DNA of 64,000 bases from an uncultured delta proteobacterium (GTDB lineage: Bacteria > Myxococcota_A > Polyangia > Fen-1088). Every line of letters begins with the position of its first letter. Position 1 is the first letter of the stretch. The stretch is from NCBI GenBank assembly GCA_963796685.1, contig CAWCMR010000013.1, forward strand, positions 32,001 through 96,000, written 5' to 3'. A model generated the notes under the pieces. That model ran no database searches. It was not told the origin of the DNA and was given only the letters and a program-made list of their open reading frames with translations. The position numbers were made by a program, and so were the translations under genes. Shown piece by piece: positions 1-9,413 of this stretch.

Positions 1-1338
1 ATGGAGGTGACGACCAATTCGCCCAAGGTGCTGGACATCCGGCGGCAGATGCTCGAGTTCACGCTGCTCAACCACCCCATCGACTGTCCCATCTGCGACA
101 AGGCCGGCGAGTGCAGCCTGCAGCGCCACTACTTCGACTGGGACGGCATGCTTGCGCGCAACGAGGGCGACAAGGTGCGCAAGGCCAAGGTCGTCGATGT
201 CGGCAAGCACATCATCCTCGATCAGGAACGCTGCATCCTGTGCACCCGCTGCATCCGCGTGTGCGACGAAGTCGCCAAATCGTCGGATCTGACCATGGCC
301 TTCCGAGGCAGCCACCAGATCCTCACCACCGCGCCCGGGCACCGACTGGACAATCCGTACTCGCTCAACACCGTGGACGTCTGTCCGGTGGGCGCGCTCA
401 CGGCCAAGGATTTTCGCTTCTCGCGCCGCGCGTGGGAGTTGTTCTCGACCCCGTCCGTGTGTCCGGGGTGCGCCACGGGCTGCAATATCGAAATCCACGC
501 TTCACAAAACAAGATCCGTCGCCTGGTGCCGCGCGAGAATCCCGCGGTGAACAAGCACTGGATGTGCGATGAGGGGCGCTTCGAGTACAAGGCCGTGCAC
601 GACCATCGCGTATTGCTTCCGTCGGCGGGGGGCCGCAGGGTGACGTTCGATGCGGCGCTGGCCGAAGCCGCGGGTTTGCTTGGTAACGACATCGTGCGCT
701 CCCCCGGCAGCGTCGGCGTCGTGTTTTCGTCCCAGGCCACCAACGAGGACCTCCACGCGCTGCTGCGCCTGGCCCTCGATGGCCTGAAGATCGATCGCGT
801 GTACGGCGGTGGGCGCCCCATCGGTGGGTCCGACACCATCTTGGTGAGCGCGGACAAGAATCCCAACACCACGGGACTTGAACGAATGGTGCCGCCGCCC
901 ATCCGGACGCTCAAAGATCTGACCTTGGATCTGGCGACGGGCGCGCTGACCACGGTGCTTGTGCTGGGGAACGAGGCCCTGATCGTTCCCCCCACCACGC
1001 CTGTCGCACTGATCGTCTTGGCTTCGCACAAGGGCCCCCTGGTCGACGCCGCCAGCGTGGTGCTGCCCATCGCGACCTGGGCCGAGGTGGACGGTTCGTT
1101 CACCAACAAGGATGGCCGGGTTCAGCGCATTCACGCCGCGCTCCCGTGCACCGGCGAGGTGGTCCCGGGCTGGCGCGTGCTGGCCCTTCTCGGTAGCATG
1201 CTGGGCATCCATCTGGCCTACACGTCTGCCGGCGAGGTCTTCTCCGAGGCCGCGAATCGCCATGCCTTCATGAAGGGCGCGACCTTCGGGTCGCCGTGCC
1301 CGCCCGTTCAACTGCGCTTCGGCGAATCGAGAGGCTAG
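1..1338 (+). CDS. nuoG: NADH-quinone oxidoreductase subunit G (probably 5'-truncated by the window edge)
   Basis: HPIDCPICDKAGEC, RCILCTRCIRVC and CPGCATGC Fe-S motifs; directly upstream of nuoH. Confidence 0.9.
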   Translation: MEVTTNSPKVLDIRRQMLEFTLLNHPIDCPICDKAGECSLQRHYFDWDGMLARNEGDKVRKAKVVDVGKHIILDQERCILCTRCIRVCDEVAKSSDLTMAFRGSHQILTTAPGHRLDNPYSLNTVDVCPVGALTAKDFRFSRRAWELFSTPSVCPGCATGCNIEIHASQNKIRRLVPRENPAVNKHWMCDEGRFEYKAVHDHRVLLPSAGGRRVTFDAALAEAAGLLGNDIVRSPGSVGVVFSSQATNEDLHALLRLALDGLKIDRVYGGGRPIGGSDTILVSADKNPNTTGLERMVPPPIRTLKDLTLDLATGALTTVLVLGNEALIVPPTTPVALIVLASHKGPLVDAASVVLPIATWAEVDGSFTNKDGRVQRIHAALPCTGEVVPGWRVLALLGSMLGIHLAYTSAGEVFSEAANRHAFMKGATFGSPCPPVQLRFGESRG

Positions 1339-1350
1339 GCGAGGACGAAA

Positions 1351-2490
1351 ATGTCGGACAGTATCTACAATTTCTTCGCGCATATCCTGCCCTACGACTC
1401 GGCGGGTTTCAGAGCCGTGGCGGCTTTGGCCAAAAGCGTGTTCTTCATTCTACTCTTCACCATGCCCCTGGCCGGGATCCTGACCTGGATGGAGCGCCGG
1501 CAGTCGGCCATGATGCAAGATCGCGTGGGCCCCAACCGCGCCAACATCGGACCCTTCACCTTGTGGGGCATTCCGCACTTCGTGGCCGATGCCCTGAAGA
1601 TGATCTTCAAAGAGGACTTCGTTCCGCCCGAGTCGAACAAGTTCCTCTTCGCGCTGGCACCTATTCTGTCCGTGGCGCCGGTGCTCATCGCCAGCGCCAT
1701 CATTCCTTTCGGCGCGCCCCTGTGCTACGGCCACATGACCGAGATCGTGGCGCCGGGCACGTGCGTGGCACCCATCGAATTGCAGGCCGTTCGCCTCGAT
1801 GTTGGTCTGTTGTTCTACTTCGCCATCGCCTCGCTGGCCATCTATGGCGCCGCGCTGGCCGGCTGGGCCTCGCACAACAAATGGGCACTGATGGGCGGCA
1901 TGCGCGCTTCGTCGCAGATGATGTCCTACGAGATCACCATGGGCATGGCGGTGATGGCCATGTTTCTCGTCTACGGTACGCTGGAGCCGGGTGCCATGGT
2001 GAACGCCCAGGGCGATTGGCCCTGGCAGTGGGGCATCGTCGGCGTTCCACAGGCTATCGCCTTCGTTCTCTTCCTTGCCTCGGCCATCGCCGAGAGCAAG
2101 CGCACGCCGTTCGACATTCCCGAGGGCGAATCGGAGATCGTCGGCTATTTCGTCGAGTACTCGGGTATGCGTTTCGGCATGTTCTATCTGGGGGAGTTCG
2201 TCGAAGTCATCACCAGCAGCGCGCTCATGGTGACCGTGTTCTTCGGTGGCTGGCGCTTCCCGGGTGCCGCCGTGCTGACCGCCGCCCTTCCCAATGCGCT
2301 GTTCGTGCTGGTCAGCGTTCTCGTGTGGTCCTTGAAGGTGTTCTTGTTCTGCGCCTTCCAATTGCTGATTCGTTGGTCGCTGCCGCGCTTACGCGCCGAT
2401 CAGCTCTTGCGCCTGGGTTGGCAGCGCCTGCTGCCCATCTCCATCGCCAACGTGGTTCTGGCCGCGGGATGGATCCTCTGGCGCAGGTAG
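1351..2490 (+). CDS. nuoH: NADH-quinone oxidoreductase subunit H
   Basis: ERR...QDRVGPNR, ADALKMIFKED, AESKRTPFDIPEGESE and EYSG motifs; multiple TM helices. Confidence 0.95.
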   Translation: MSDSIYNFFAHILPYDSAGFRAVAALAKSVFFILLFTMPLAGILTWMERRQSAMMQDRVGPNRANIGPFTLWGIPHFVADALKMIFKEDFVPPESNKFLFALAPILSVAPVLIASAIIPFGAPLCYGHMTEIVAPGTCVAPIELQAVRLDVGLLFYFAIASLAIYGAALAGWASHNKWALMGGMRASSQMMSYEITMGMAVMAMFLVYGTLEPGAMVNAQGDWPWQWGIVGVPQAIAFVLFLASAIAESKRTPFDIPEGESEIVGYFVEYSGMRFGMFYLGEFVEVITSSALMVTVFFGGWRFPGAAVLTAALPNALFVLVSVLVWSLKVFLFCAFQLLIRWSLPRLRADQLLRLGWQRLLPISIANVVLAAGWILWRR

Positions 2491-2501
2491 AAGCGAGGAG
2501 C

Positions 2502-3065
2502 ATGGCAACCACGGTCAAAATAGTCGAGCGGCCCGCCGGAATCCGGCGCAAGACCTATCTCATCGCCATCCTGGAGGGGCTGTGGGTCACCTTCCGCCAC
2601 CTCATGAAGAACTGGGTGGGCAACATCCTCGGCCTGCGCGCGAAGACCGACATCGCGACGCTGTCCTACCCCGAGGAGAAGAAGGCCTATCCCGCACGCA
2701 ACCGCGGCCTGCACCGCTTGATGAAGCGCGAAGACGGGCAAGTCCGCTGCGTGGCTTGCATGATGTGCCCGACGGTGTGCCCCGCCCATTGCATCACCAT
2801 CGTGCCCGAGGAATCCCCCGACGGTGGCATCGAGAAGCGCCCGCGCATCTTCGAGATCGACGAGCTTCGCTGCGTGGTGTGCGGCCTATGCGTCGAGGCT
2901 TGCCCGTGCGACGCCATTCGCATGGACACCAAGGTGCACGCCTGGCCGACCATTCGCCGGGCCGACGCCATCTTGGACAAAGAGGCGCTGCTCTCGCGCG
3001 GCGACCAATCGATCGCGACCCAGGGTGGCGTGGGCGAATTCTGGCGCGAAAAGGTCAAGACGTAG
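2502..3065 (+). CDS. nuoI: NADH-quinone oxidoreductase subunit I
   Basis: YPEEK, RGLHRL and two CxxCxxCxxxCP motifs; GAGGAG RBS before ATG 2502. Confidence 0.92.
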   Translation: MATTVKIVERPAGIRRKTYLIAILEGLWVTFRHLMKNWVGNILGLRAKTDIATLSYPEEKKAYPARNRGLHRLMKREDGQVRCVACMMCPTVCPAHCITIVPEESPDGGIEKRPRIFEIDELRCVVCGLCVEACPCDAIRMDTKVHAWPTIRRADAILDKEALLSRGDQSIATQGGVGEFWREKVKT

Positions 3066-3426
3066 CGCGCGGCCTGGCCGCGTTTCCCATGCTTCTTGGT
3101 CGCCCAAGGCGCTGCCAGCAGGCCGCTGGCGCACGGCGCCACAGGAACATCCTTCCTTTTTTTGCGAACAACGAGACGGAATTCGACGCCTCGTCCCCCT
3201 ACCCAGTAGGGTGTTTTCTTTCGCCAATGAGCAAGTGTATGCAATTGACTACTATTACCTACTCAATGGAGACCACACGCCGGATCCGAAGATCTCGAAA
3301 TCAGTATTGAGCGCCCGTGGTTGTCGGGATCTGTTGGCCACAGGTGGAGGGCAATTTCATGGACCAATTCTCGCGCGTCGTGCGACTGCTCTATGTGCAG
3401 CTGTACCGAGCAGGAGGAGCGAACCG

Positions 3427-4677
3427 ATGACAACGCGGCAAGCGACAAGGACCCTGTTGCCGGTTATGATGCTAGCCGCAGGCCTTTGGGGGTGCAGCAA
3501 CTCGCTCTCAGGCGGCGGTGGTTCAGGCGGTGCCCCTGGCATGGGCGGATCTACCTCGGACGGGACCACCGGTGTGGGTGGCGCAGGCGACAATGGCGGC
3601 GGGGGTGGCTCCTCCGCCTCGGGAGGTTCACGCGCCACGGGTGGTACGACTGCTGGCGGGGGTGGCTCCTCCGCCTCGGGAGGTTCACGCGCCACGGGTG
3701 GTACGCAGGGAAAGGGCGGGGCGTCTAGCCAAACCGGTGGCAGCGCAGCCGGCGGGGCGAGCAGCGGGAAGGGCGGCGCGAGCGCGGGGACTGGAGGTGC
3801 CGGAAGCGGTGGCACAGGAGCCGGCGGCGCGAAGGTCGACGCTGCAGAAATCAGCCAAGGCGGTGCGTCGGGCGGAGACTGCACGGTCGGGACGTGGCCG
3901 ACAGCCGATCCTTCGGCCGCCGGGCCGTTCCCGACGGTCACCGAAAACAACGTCGGTCCGGTCGCGGGCGCGGGTGTCGACGGTGGCGCCCCACCGCAGT
4001 TCACCCTCTTCCGGCCCAAGGACCTGGCGCAGGGGGGGCTCTGCCATCCGCTGATCACCTGGGGCAATGGAACGGGCGCTACCCCGAGCATGTACAAGGT
4101 CCTTCTCAATAACCTGGCCTCGCATGGGTTCGTCGTGATTGGATCGAACAGCCCGAACGTCGCCCAAGGGAATCCGGCACCGATGATCGTGGGCGTGACA
4201 TGGGTGTTGCAGCAGAACGATGACCCGACGAGCGAGCTGTACCACCGCATCGACACGACCCACATCGGTGCGACCGGTCACTCGCAGGGTGCCATGGCCA
4301 CCAGCCAGGCGGCTACCGACAGCCACATCACGACCAGTGTGCCGATTTGCGGAGCGATGACCGAGAAGAACCTGCATGGACCGGCCATGTTCTTTTGCGG
4401 TGGACAAGACACGCTCGTGGGGTGCAGCGGTGCACAGAACGCCCTCACCGCGGTGACCACCCTACCGGCCATGTTTGCGGAGTACGTGACCGCCGATCAT
4501 GGCTCTTGGATGAGCTTTACCGGCAACAAGCCAAGCCCCGTCGAGACCGCAATCACGGCCTGGATGCGCGTCCACCTCATGGGCGATGATTCGCTCCGGT
4601 CGTGGTTCTACGGGGCATCGTGCAAACTGTGCACGGACAGCGCCTGGATCATTACACAGAAAAATATGGACCAGTAA
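3427..4677 (+). CDS. Lipoprotein with Gly/Ser/Thr linker and alpha/beta hydrolase (cutinase/lipase/chlorophyllase-like)
   Basis: Lipobox LWGC; long Gly-rich linker with a 57-bp duplication; WGNGTG, LASHGFVV, nucleophile GHSQG, later Asp and His; AGGAGG RBS. Confidence 0.8.
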   Translation: MTTRQATRTLLPVMMLAAGLWGCSNSLSGGGGSGGAPGMGGSTSDGTTGVGGAGDNGGGGGSSASGGSRATGGTTAGGGGSSASGGSRATGGTQGKGGASSQTGGSAAGGASSGKGGASAGTGGAGSGGTGAGGAKVDAAEISQGGASGGDCTVGTWPTADPSAAGPFPTVTENNVGPVAGAGVDGGAPPQFTLFRPKDLAQGGLCHPLITWGNGTGATPSMYKVLLNNLASHGFVVIGSNSPNVAQGNPAPMIVGVTWVLQQNDDPTSELYHRIDTTHIGATGHSQGAMATSQAATDSHITTSVPICGAMTEKNLHGPAMFFCGGQDTLVGCSGAQNALTAVTTLPAMFAEYVTADHGSWMSFTGNKPSPVETAITAWMRVHLMGDDSLRSWFYGASCKLCTDSAWIITQKNMDQ

Positions 4678-4717
4678 GTTCCTCGTCGTTTCGCACCTGA
4701 TGAGCAAAGGAGTACCC

Positions 4718-5914
4718 ATGACATCGTCGTCCGTTCCTCGCGGCTTTTCGCCGTTGACTTCTGTTCTTGCGCCAGCGCTGGCCATCTTGCTCGCAACTGG
4801 CTGCTCCAGTGGAGGGGGAGTCGCCGCGGGCGAGGGTGGCAGCTCTTCAGGCGGAACTACCACTTCAGGTGGAACCACGGGCAATGGCGGCTCCACTTCC
4901 AAAGGCGGGACAACTGGTACGGGCGGTACGTCCGCCACCGGCGGCACGACCTCGACCGGTGGCACGACCACCATGGGCGGGACCACCGGTAGTGGTGGCA
5001 CCAGCGAAAAAGGGGGAACCACCGGCACTGGTGGCACGACCGCGACCGGCGGAACCACCGGCTCTGGCGGCTCCGCTGGCAGGGATGCCGGCTCCGGCAG
5101 CGGCGGCACCGGAAAGGGGGGGACCATTGGTAGCGGCGGCGGCGCCGGCAGTGGTGGCCTTCCTGGCAGGGATGGTGGCCCTGGAAGTGGCGGCGCGCCT
5201 GGCAGCGGCGGTGCCACCTCGGACGGCGGCACAAGCACGGTAACGATCGATTGCACGGCCATCCCTGCAATGCCGAGCGGCGGTACATCGCACCAGGCGA
5301 ACAGCCAGGGCGGTTCGGGCAACCTCGCCTGGCAGATCTGGTCGAATCAAACCTCGGGAACCATCACCACCTTCAGCACTCCCGCATTCACTGCAAATTG
5401 GAACAATTCGGGAGACTACCTGGCCCGCCTCGGCCAGGAATGGGGGAACAACGGCAAGACCTATGACAAGTACGGAACGATCACGGCACAATTCGCCTAC
5501 ACGAAGACGGGAAGCGGCGGCGGCTTCTCCTACATAGGAATCTATGGGTGGTCGTCGAACCCGTGTGTCGAATGGTACATCCTCGATGACTCGTTCAACA
5601 CGATGCCATTCAATCCCTATAACTCAAGCCAAAAGGGAACTGCTACCATCGATGGCGAAAGCTACAAGCTCTTCTCGAACTCCACCAACGGTACCGGCGG
5701 ATCGAGATGCAACGCCTCGAGTTGGATGCAGTTCTGGAGCGTTCGGCAGAAGGCTCGCCAGTGCGGAGTCATTACCATTTCCGATCACTTCAAGGCGTGG
5801 GACGCCGCGGGCATGAAACTGGGGAACCTGATGGAAGCCAAGATTCTCGTGGAAACAGGGGGCGGCAGTGGGAGCGCCAATTTCCCGATCGCTAACGTGA
5901 CGACGACCCAATAA
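4718..5914 (+). CDS. Lipoprotein endo-1,4-beta-xylanase, GH11
   Basis: Lipobox ATGC; TGGT-repeat linker; GH11 motifs IYGWSSNPCVEWYI, QFWSVRQ, HFKAW, second catalytic Glu in LVETGGGSG. Confidence 0.9.
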   Translation: MTSSSVPRGFSPLTSVLAPALAILLATGCSSGGGVAAGEGGSSSGGTTTSGGTTGNGGSTSKGGTTGTGGTSATGGTTSTGGTTTMGGTTGSGGTSEKGGTTGTGGTTATGGTTGSGGSAGRDAGSGSGGTGKGGTIGSGGGAGSGGLPGRDGGPGSGGAPGSGGATSDGGTSTVTIDCTAIPAMPSGGTSHQANSQGGSGNLAWQIWSNQTSGTITTFSTPAFTANWNNSGDYLARLGQEWGNNGKTYDKYGTITAQFAYTKTGSGGGFSYIGIYGWSSNPCVEWYILDDSFNTMPFNPYNSSQKGTATIDGESYKLFSNSTNGTGGSRCNASSWMQFWSVRQKARQCGVITISDHFKAWDAAGMKLGNLMEAKILVETGGGSGSANFPIANVTTTQ

Positions 5915-5978
5915 GCCCTGTCCCGCTTCGAGCGGTATGCCGTAGCTCCAAAGCCGGGGGCGAACCGTGTTCGCCCCA

Positions 5979-6139
5979 AGGAGACTGGTGTCAAACGGCG
6001 GACCGAGTCCTGGCGGAGCGAGGAGCCCTGGCCGCGAGGCGCGAGGAGGGCGAATACTGGACGTATTCAACCGACGAGCAACGAAGCGGACGGGGCCCGC
6101 AGCCCGCCAAGCGACGGGAGCCGTTTGACACAGCCTCCT
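5979..6139. mobile_element. MITE-like non-autonomous element, about 160 bp
   Basis: Perfect 12-bp inverted repeat GTGTCAAACGGC (5988-5999) / GCCGTTTGACAC (6120-6131), extendable to about 21 bp imperfect; no ORF; internal GAATAC..GTATTC palindrome. Confidence 0.55.
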
Positions 6140-6182
6140 AGAGCACCGAACGGTTTGAAACCTGAGCAATTTCCGGATTCTA

Positions 6183-6292
6183 ACCACAGAGGACACAGAG
6201 AACACTGAGACGGATGAGAAATGAAGGGTTCGGATCGAGATCCGGAAACCCTTCATTCTCTGGGCCTCTGTGCCCTCTGTGTTCTCTGTGGT
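6183..6292. repeat. REP-like long hairpin with (A)CACAGAG arms
   Basis: ACCACAGAGGACACAGAGAACACTGAG pairs with CTCTGTGCCCTCTGTGTTCTCTGTGGT; nested stem ATGAAGGGTT/AACCCTTCAT; lies between convergent genes. Confidence 0.7.
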
Positions 6293-6381
6293 GAAAAAGG
6301 GCTTGTGCGTGCTCTGCACGGCGGCCTCGGCAGCGCCAGGCAATCCCTTGGATTCAGGAGGAATTCAACCCGTTCGGTGCT

Positions 6382-8760
6382 CTACGGGCTCGTCGGCAGC
6401 TTGCGCACGTAGAGCCTGAGCGACTCGCGCAGGAGGGGGCGATGGAAGAGACCGTCGACCTCGGCGGGCAGGTCGCGATTGCACCGCGTGTCCACCACCA
6501 AGAACGCAGCTTGTTGCAATGCCTGCGACAGGTCTCCGATGGGTGATTCCGGCGATGCCCAGGGTCTATCGGGATCGGGAATGACCAGACTGCCGAGCGA
6601 GTAGATCCCCTCGGCGTATGGCCCTTGGCAGGTCAGCATGACCACCCGGTCGCGCAGCCCGGGTGGCGGTGGCGTGGCTGGCATGCGAGCGATGGTGTAC
6701 TGGCCGATGGAGACGGGGGTCACGGTGTAGTTGAGGGCGAAGCCCAGGAACGCCAGATCGCTGGCCAGCGAATTCCAGCCCGTGACGTGGTCGGTTTCCC
6801 AAAGCAGGTGCGTGACGCCCAGGCTGGCAAGCTGGCCATAGATCGCCGCTGGCGACCGGAGCGCGGCATAGCTGAAGCGGCTCTGCCACTGATCGTCGAC
6901 CACGCGCACCCCGAGCCCGAGCTGAAGTTGGATCTCGTGCACCAGCACGACAGCATCCTTCGGCAGGGTCTCGCCGATCTCGCCCATTGCGCCATAGGGC
7001 CGCAGACGATGCTCGGTGCGCAGGAAGCCCGAGGCCAGGAAATTGGAATCGATGCGCAGAGGCGAGTCGTACGCGATGTTGTGCGTGGGAAGGAACGGGA
7101 CGTCGCCGCCCCAGATCATCTGCACCGCCACCAGGACCACCACCAGCGCGCGCACCACGAGGTTGCGGCGACGCCAGATCAAGATGAGCGCGGCAGCAGT
7201 GGTCGCGGCCATGATGGGCAGCCAGGCTTGCAGGTAGCGGTCCTGGTGGTTGGTGAGATACCAGAACACGATGGCGACCATTACGCCGATGCAGGCCAGC
7301 CACAGCCGAACGCCCGCGCGTACGAAAGGCAAGCACAGCAGGGTCAAGGTGAAGAGCGAGCCGAAGACCGGAACGTCGTGGTGGAACGACCACCAATCGT
7401 TGGGCTTGAACGAGAAGGTGAGGGTGGCCAGGAGCGCATCCTTCACCCCTTGCCAGCCCGGGCTGGGCGGGGCCTGGAAGGACATGAACACGCGCAAGGC
7501 CGCGGGTGAATCCGCCGTCCAGGGATGCACATGGAGCCAGCGGTAAAGCACCGGATAAAGCGGGTCGCCATACCAGATCCAATTCGTCAGCCAGTGGGGC
7601 GCGCTCAGCGCCAGGGCTGTCGCGCCGCAGGCGAGCACGGTTCCGAGCACCGGTTGGCGCCGCCCGCGAAGACACCGGATGGCCAGCCACCCGGCCCGGA
7701 CGACGAAGAGACAGGCCGGGAACACGAGCACGGCCCAAGCCGAATACTTCGACATTTCGACGGCCGCGGCCAAGGCTCCGAACAGGATGCCGTCGCGAAC
7801 CGACCACGACGTCCACACCCGGACCAACGCCAGCACCAGGGGGATGCACCACAGCGCCGCCATGTGGTCGGCGCCCGCGTGCAGGTTTCCGTCATAGAGG
7901 AAAATCCCCGGGAATAGAAAAATCGCGACCCAGGTCTTGCGGCCGGACGCGCCCGGAATCAAGGCTCGAACCAGGGCCGGGATGCTGGCGATGGTGGCGA
8001 GAAAGACCGCCAGCTCGAGGTGGGCGCACAGCTCCAGCTTCTGGAACAGCAGGCCGCCGGGGAGCAGAAAAGCCCAGGTGTAGACCAGGCTTGCCGAGTG
8101 TGGGTACGCCGCCAGCCACCAGCCCTCGGGCGAGGGTCGCACGGCACCCTCCAGGGCGTACTGCTGCGCGATGGGCAGGTGGTACCAGCGCGCGTCCCAA
8201 CTGAACGGGGCCGGTGAAAGGACCTGGAAGTACAGCAGGCCGATGGCGCCCGCACCAAACACGATGAGCGCGAGATCGGTGAAGGTCTGCGCCCGAACCA
8301 GTCCGCGCCAGCCGCGAACGACCCGGCGCAACTGCCCGAGCCCGGACAGCAAGAAGGCGAGCGGCAGCAAGGCGAACACGACGCCGTTCAGGGCTCCCGC
8401 CAGCCCGAGAAGAAAGATCGCCAGTTGAAACGCGAGCACCCCGACGGGGAAGGCGAGAACGAGATCGGCCGGGCTCTGGCAGGGAAGTCGCACGAGGCGC
8501 GACGAGATGAAACATCCCGCCGAAGCGCAACTGGCCGCCCACAGGCTGGCCAGACCGCCAACCAGTAGGTAGTGCCAGAACAGCCAGTTCTGGATCGGGT
8601 AGTGCTGGTGCACCACTCCAAGGAAGATCGCGATGGCCGCGACCAGCGCAAGAGCGAGAAGAACCGTCGAGATTCGCTCCTTCCATGAACGGTTGAGAGA
8701 CGCAGGCGTCTCTTGGGAAGCCTCGCGAAGAGGCTCCCCGTTGGTCGATGGGCTGGTCAT
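6382..8760 (-). CDS. Large polytopic membrane protein, probable GT-C (PMT/ArnT-like) glycosyltransferase
   Basis: About 14 hydrophobic segments; WDARWYHLP, SKY, NW.WYGDPLYP and QDRYL motifs typical of GT-C-like proteins; start codon uncertain. Confidence 0.6.
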   Translation of the reverse strand: MTSPSTNGEPLREASQETPASLNRSWKERISTVLLALALVAAIAIFLGVVHQHYPIQNWLFWHYLLVGGLASLWAASCASAGCFISSRLVRLPCQSPADLVLAFPVGVLAFQLAIFLLGLAGALNGVVFALLPLAFLLSGLGQLRRVVRGWRGLVRAQTFTDLALIVFGAGAIGLLYFQVLSPAPFSWDARWYHLPIAQQYALEGAVRPSPEGWWLAAYPHSASLVYTWAFLLPGGLLFQKLELCAHLELAVFLATIASIPALVRALIPGASGRKTWVAIFLFPGIFLYDGNLHAGADHMAALWCIPLVLALVRVWTSWSVRDGILFGALAAAVEMSKYSAWAVLVFPACLFVVRAGWLAIRCLRGRRQPVLGTVLACGATALALSAPHWLTNWIWYGDPLYPVLYRWLHVHPWTADSPAALRVFMSFQAPPSPGWQGVKDALLATLTFSFKPNDWWSFHHDVPVFGSLFTLTLLCLPFVRAGVRLWLACIGVMVAIVFWYLTNHQDRYLQAWLPIMAATTAAALILIWRRRNLVVRALVVVLVAVQMIWGGDVPFLPTHNIAYDSPLRIDSNFLASGFLRTEHRLRPYGAMGEIGETLPKDAVVLVHEIQLQLGLGVRVVDDQWQSRFSYAALRSPAAIYGQLASLGVTHLLWETDHVTGWNSLASDLAFLGFALNYTVTPVSIGQYTIARMPATPPPPGLRDRVVMLTCQGPYAEGIYSLGSLVIPDPDRPWASPESPIGDLSQALQQAAFLVVDTRCNRDLPAEVDGLFHRPLLRESLRLYVRKLPTSP

Positions 8761-8802
8761 GGCGGCGCCATCATGCCCTGACGTGCTGGAGCGCAACAAC
8801 AT

Positions 8803-9273
8803 CTAGTTCAGCTTCGAGAGCATCGCGCGAAGCGTGGAGACATGCCCGCGATCCGCGGCCATCATGGCGGCGAGCAACTGCTTACACTGCGGATGGGTGA
8901 AGACCAGGATCTGGTCGGCGTGCAGGGTATGCATCGATTCCTCGAAATCGATGGCGGCCACCAGCGCCTCGCGTACCGACGGTGGGTGCAGCCGGTATTC
9001 CTCGATGGTGGTCTCGACGGCCCGGCGAACGCGCTCCAGGGCCGAGGCATCGACCAAGCTGGCGGAAACCGTGTCCGACATGGTGTCGATGAGCAGCGAG
9101 AACTGCGCCGCGTGGTTCATCTCCTCGCGCGCGGTCTTCTTCCACAGTTGCGCCACGACTGCGTCATGGGTGTGCAAGCTGGCCAGCTCCTCGTAGAGTC
9201 CGGCCACCGCGAGCTCGACGGATCGGCAAGCCGTCAGCACCCGATAAACTTCCTGGGCAACTTCAGACGGCAT
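8803..9273 (-). CDS. Ferritin-like (rubrerythrin-type) protein
   Basis: E..VAGLY, EEMNH, FEE, DRGH di-iron-type pattern. Confidence 0.65.
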   Translation of the reverse strand: MPSEVAQEVYRVLTACRSVELAVAGLYEELASLHTHDAVVAQLWKKTAREEMNHAAQFSLLIDTMSDTVSASLVDASALERVRRAVETTIEEYRLHPPSVREALVAAIDFEESMHTLHADQILVFTHPQCKQLLAAMMAADRGHVSTLRAMLSKLN

Positions 9274-9413
9274 GCGCGGAAAAACCTAGCAGAAGAGGAT
9301 GGCTCTAAGGAAGCCAGGAATGGGTACTATGGCCGTTGGGAGGCAATGACGCGCGGAGGATCTTGGGTCGATATTCGGCGCAAGCGTTTGGGGCGCGGTA
9401 CCATCCCCACTCC

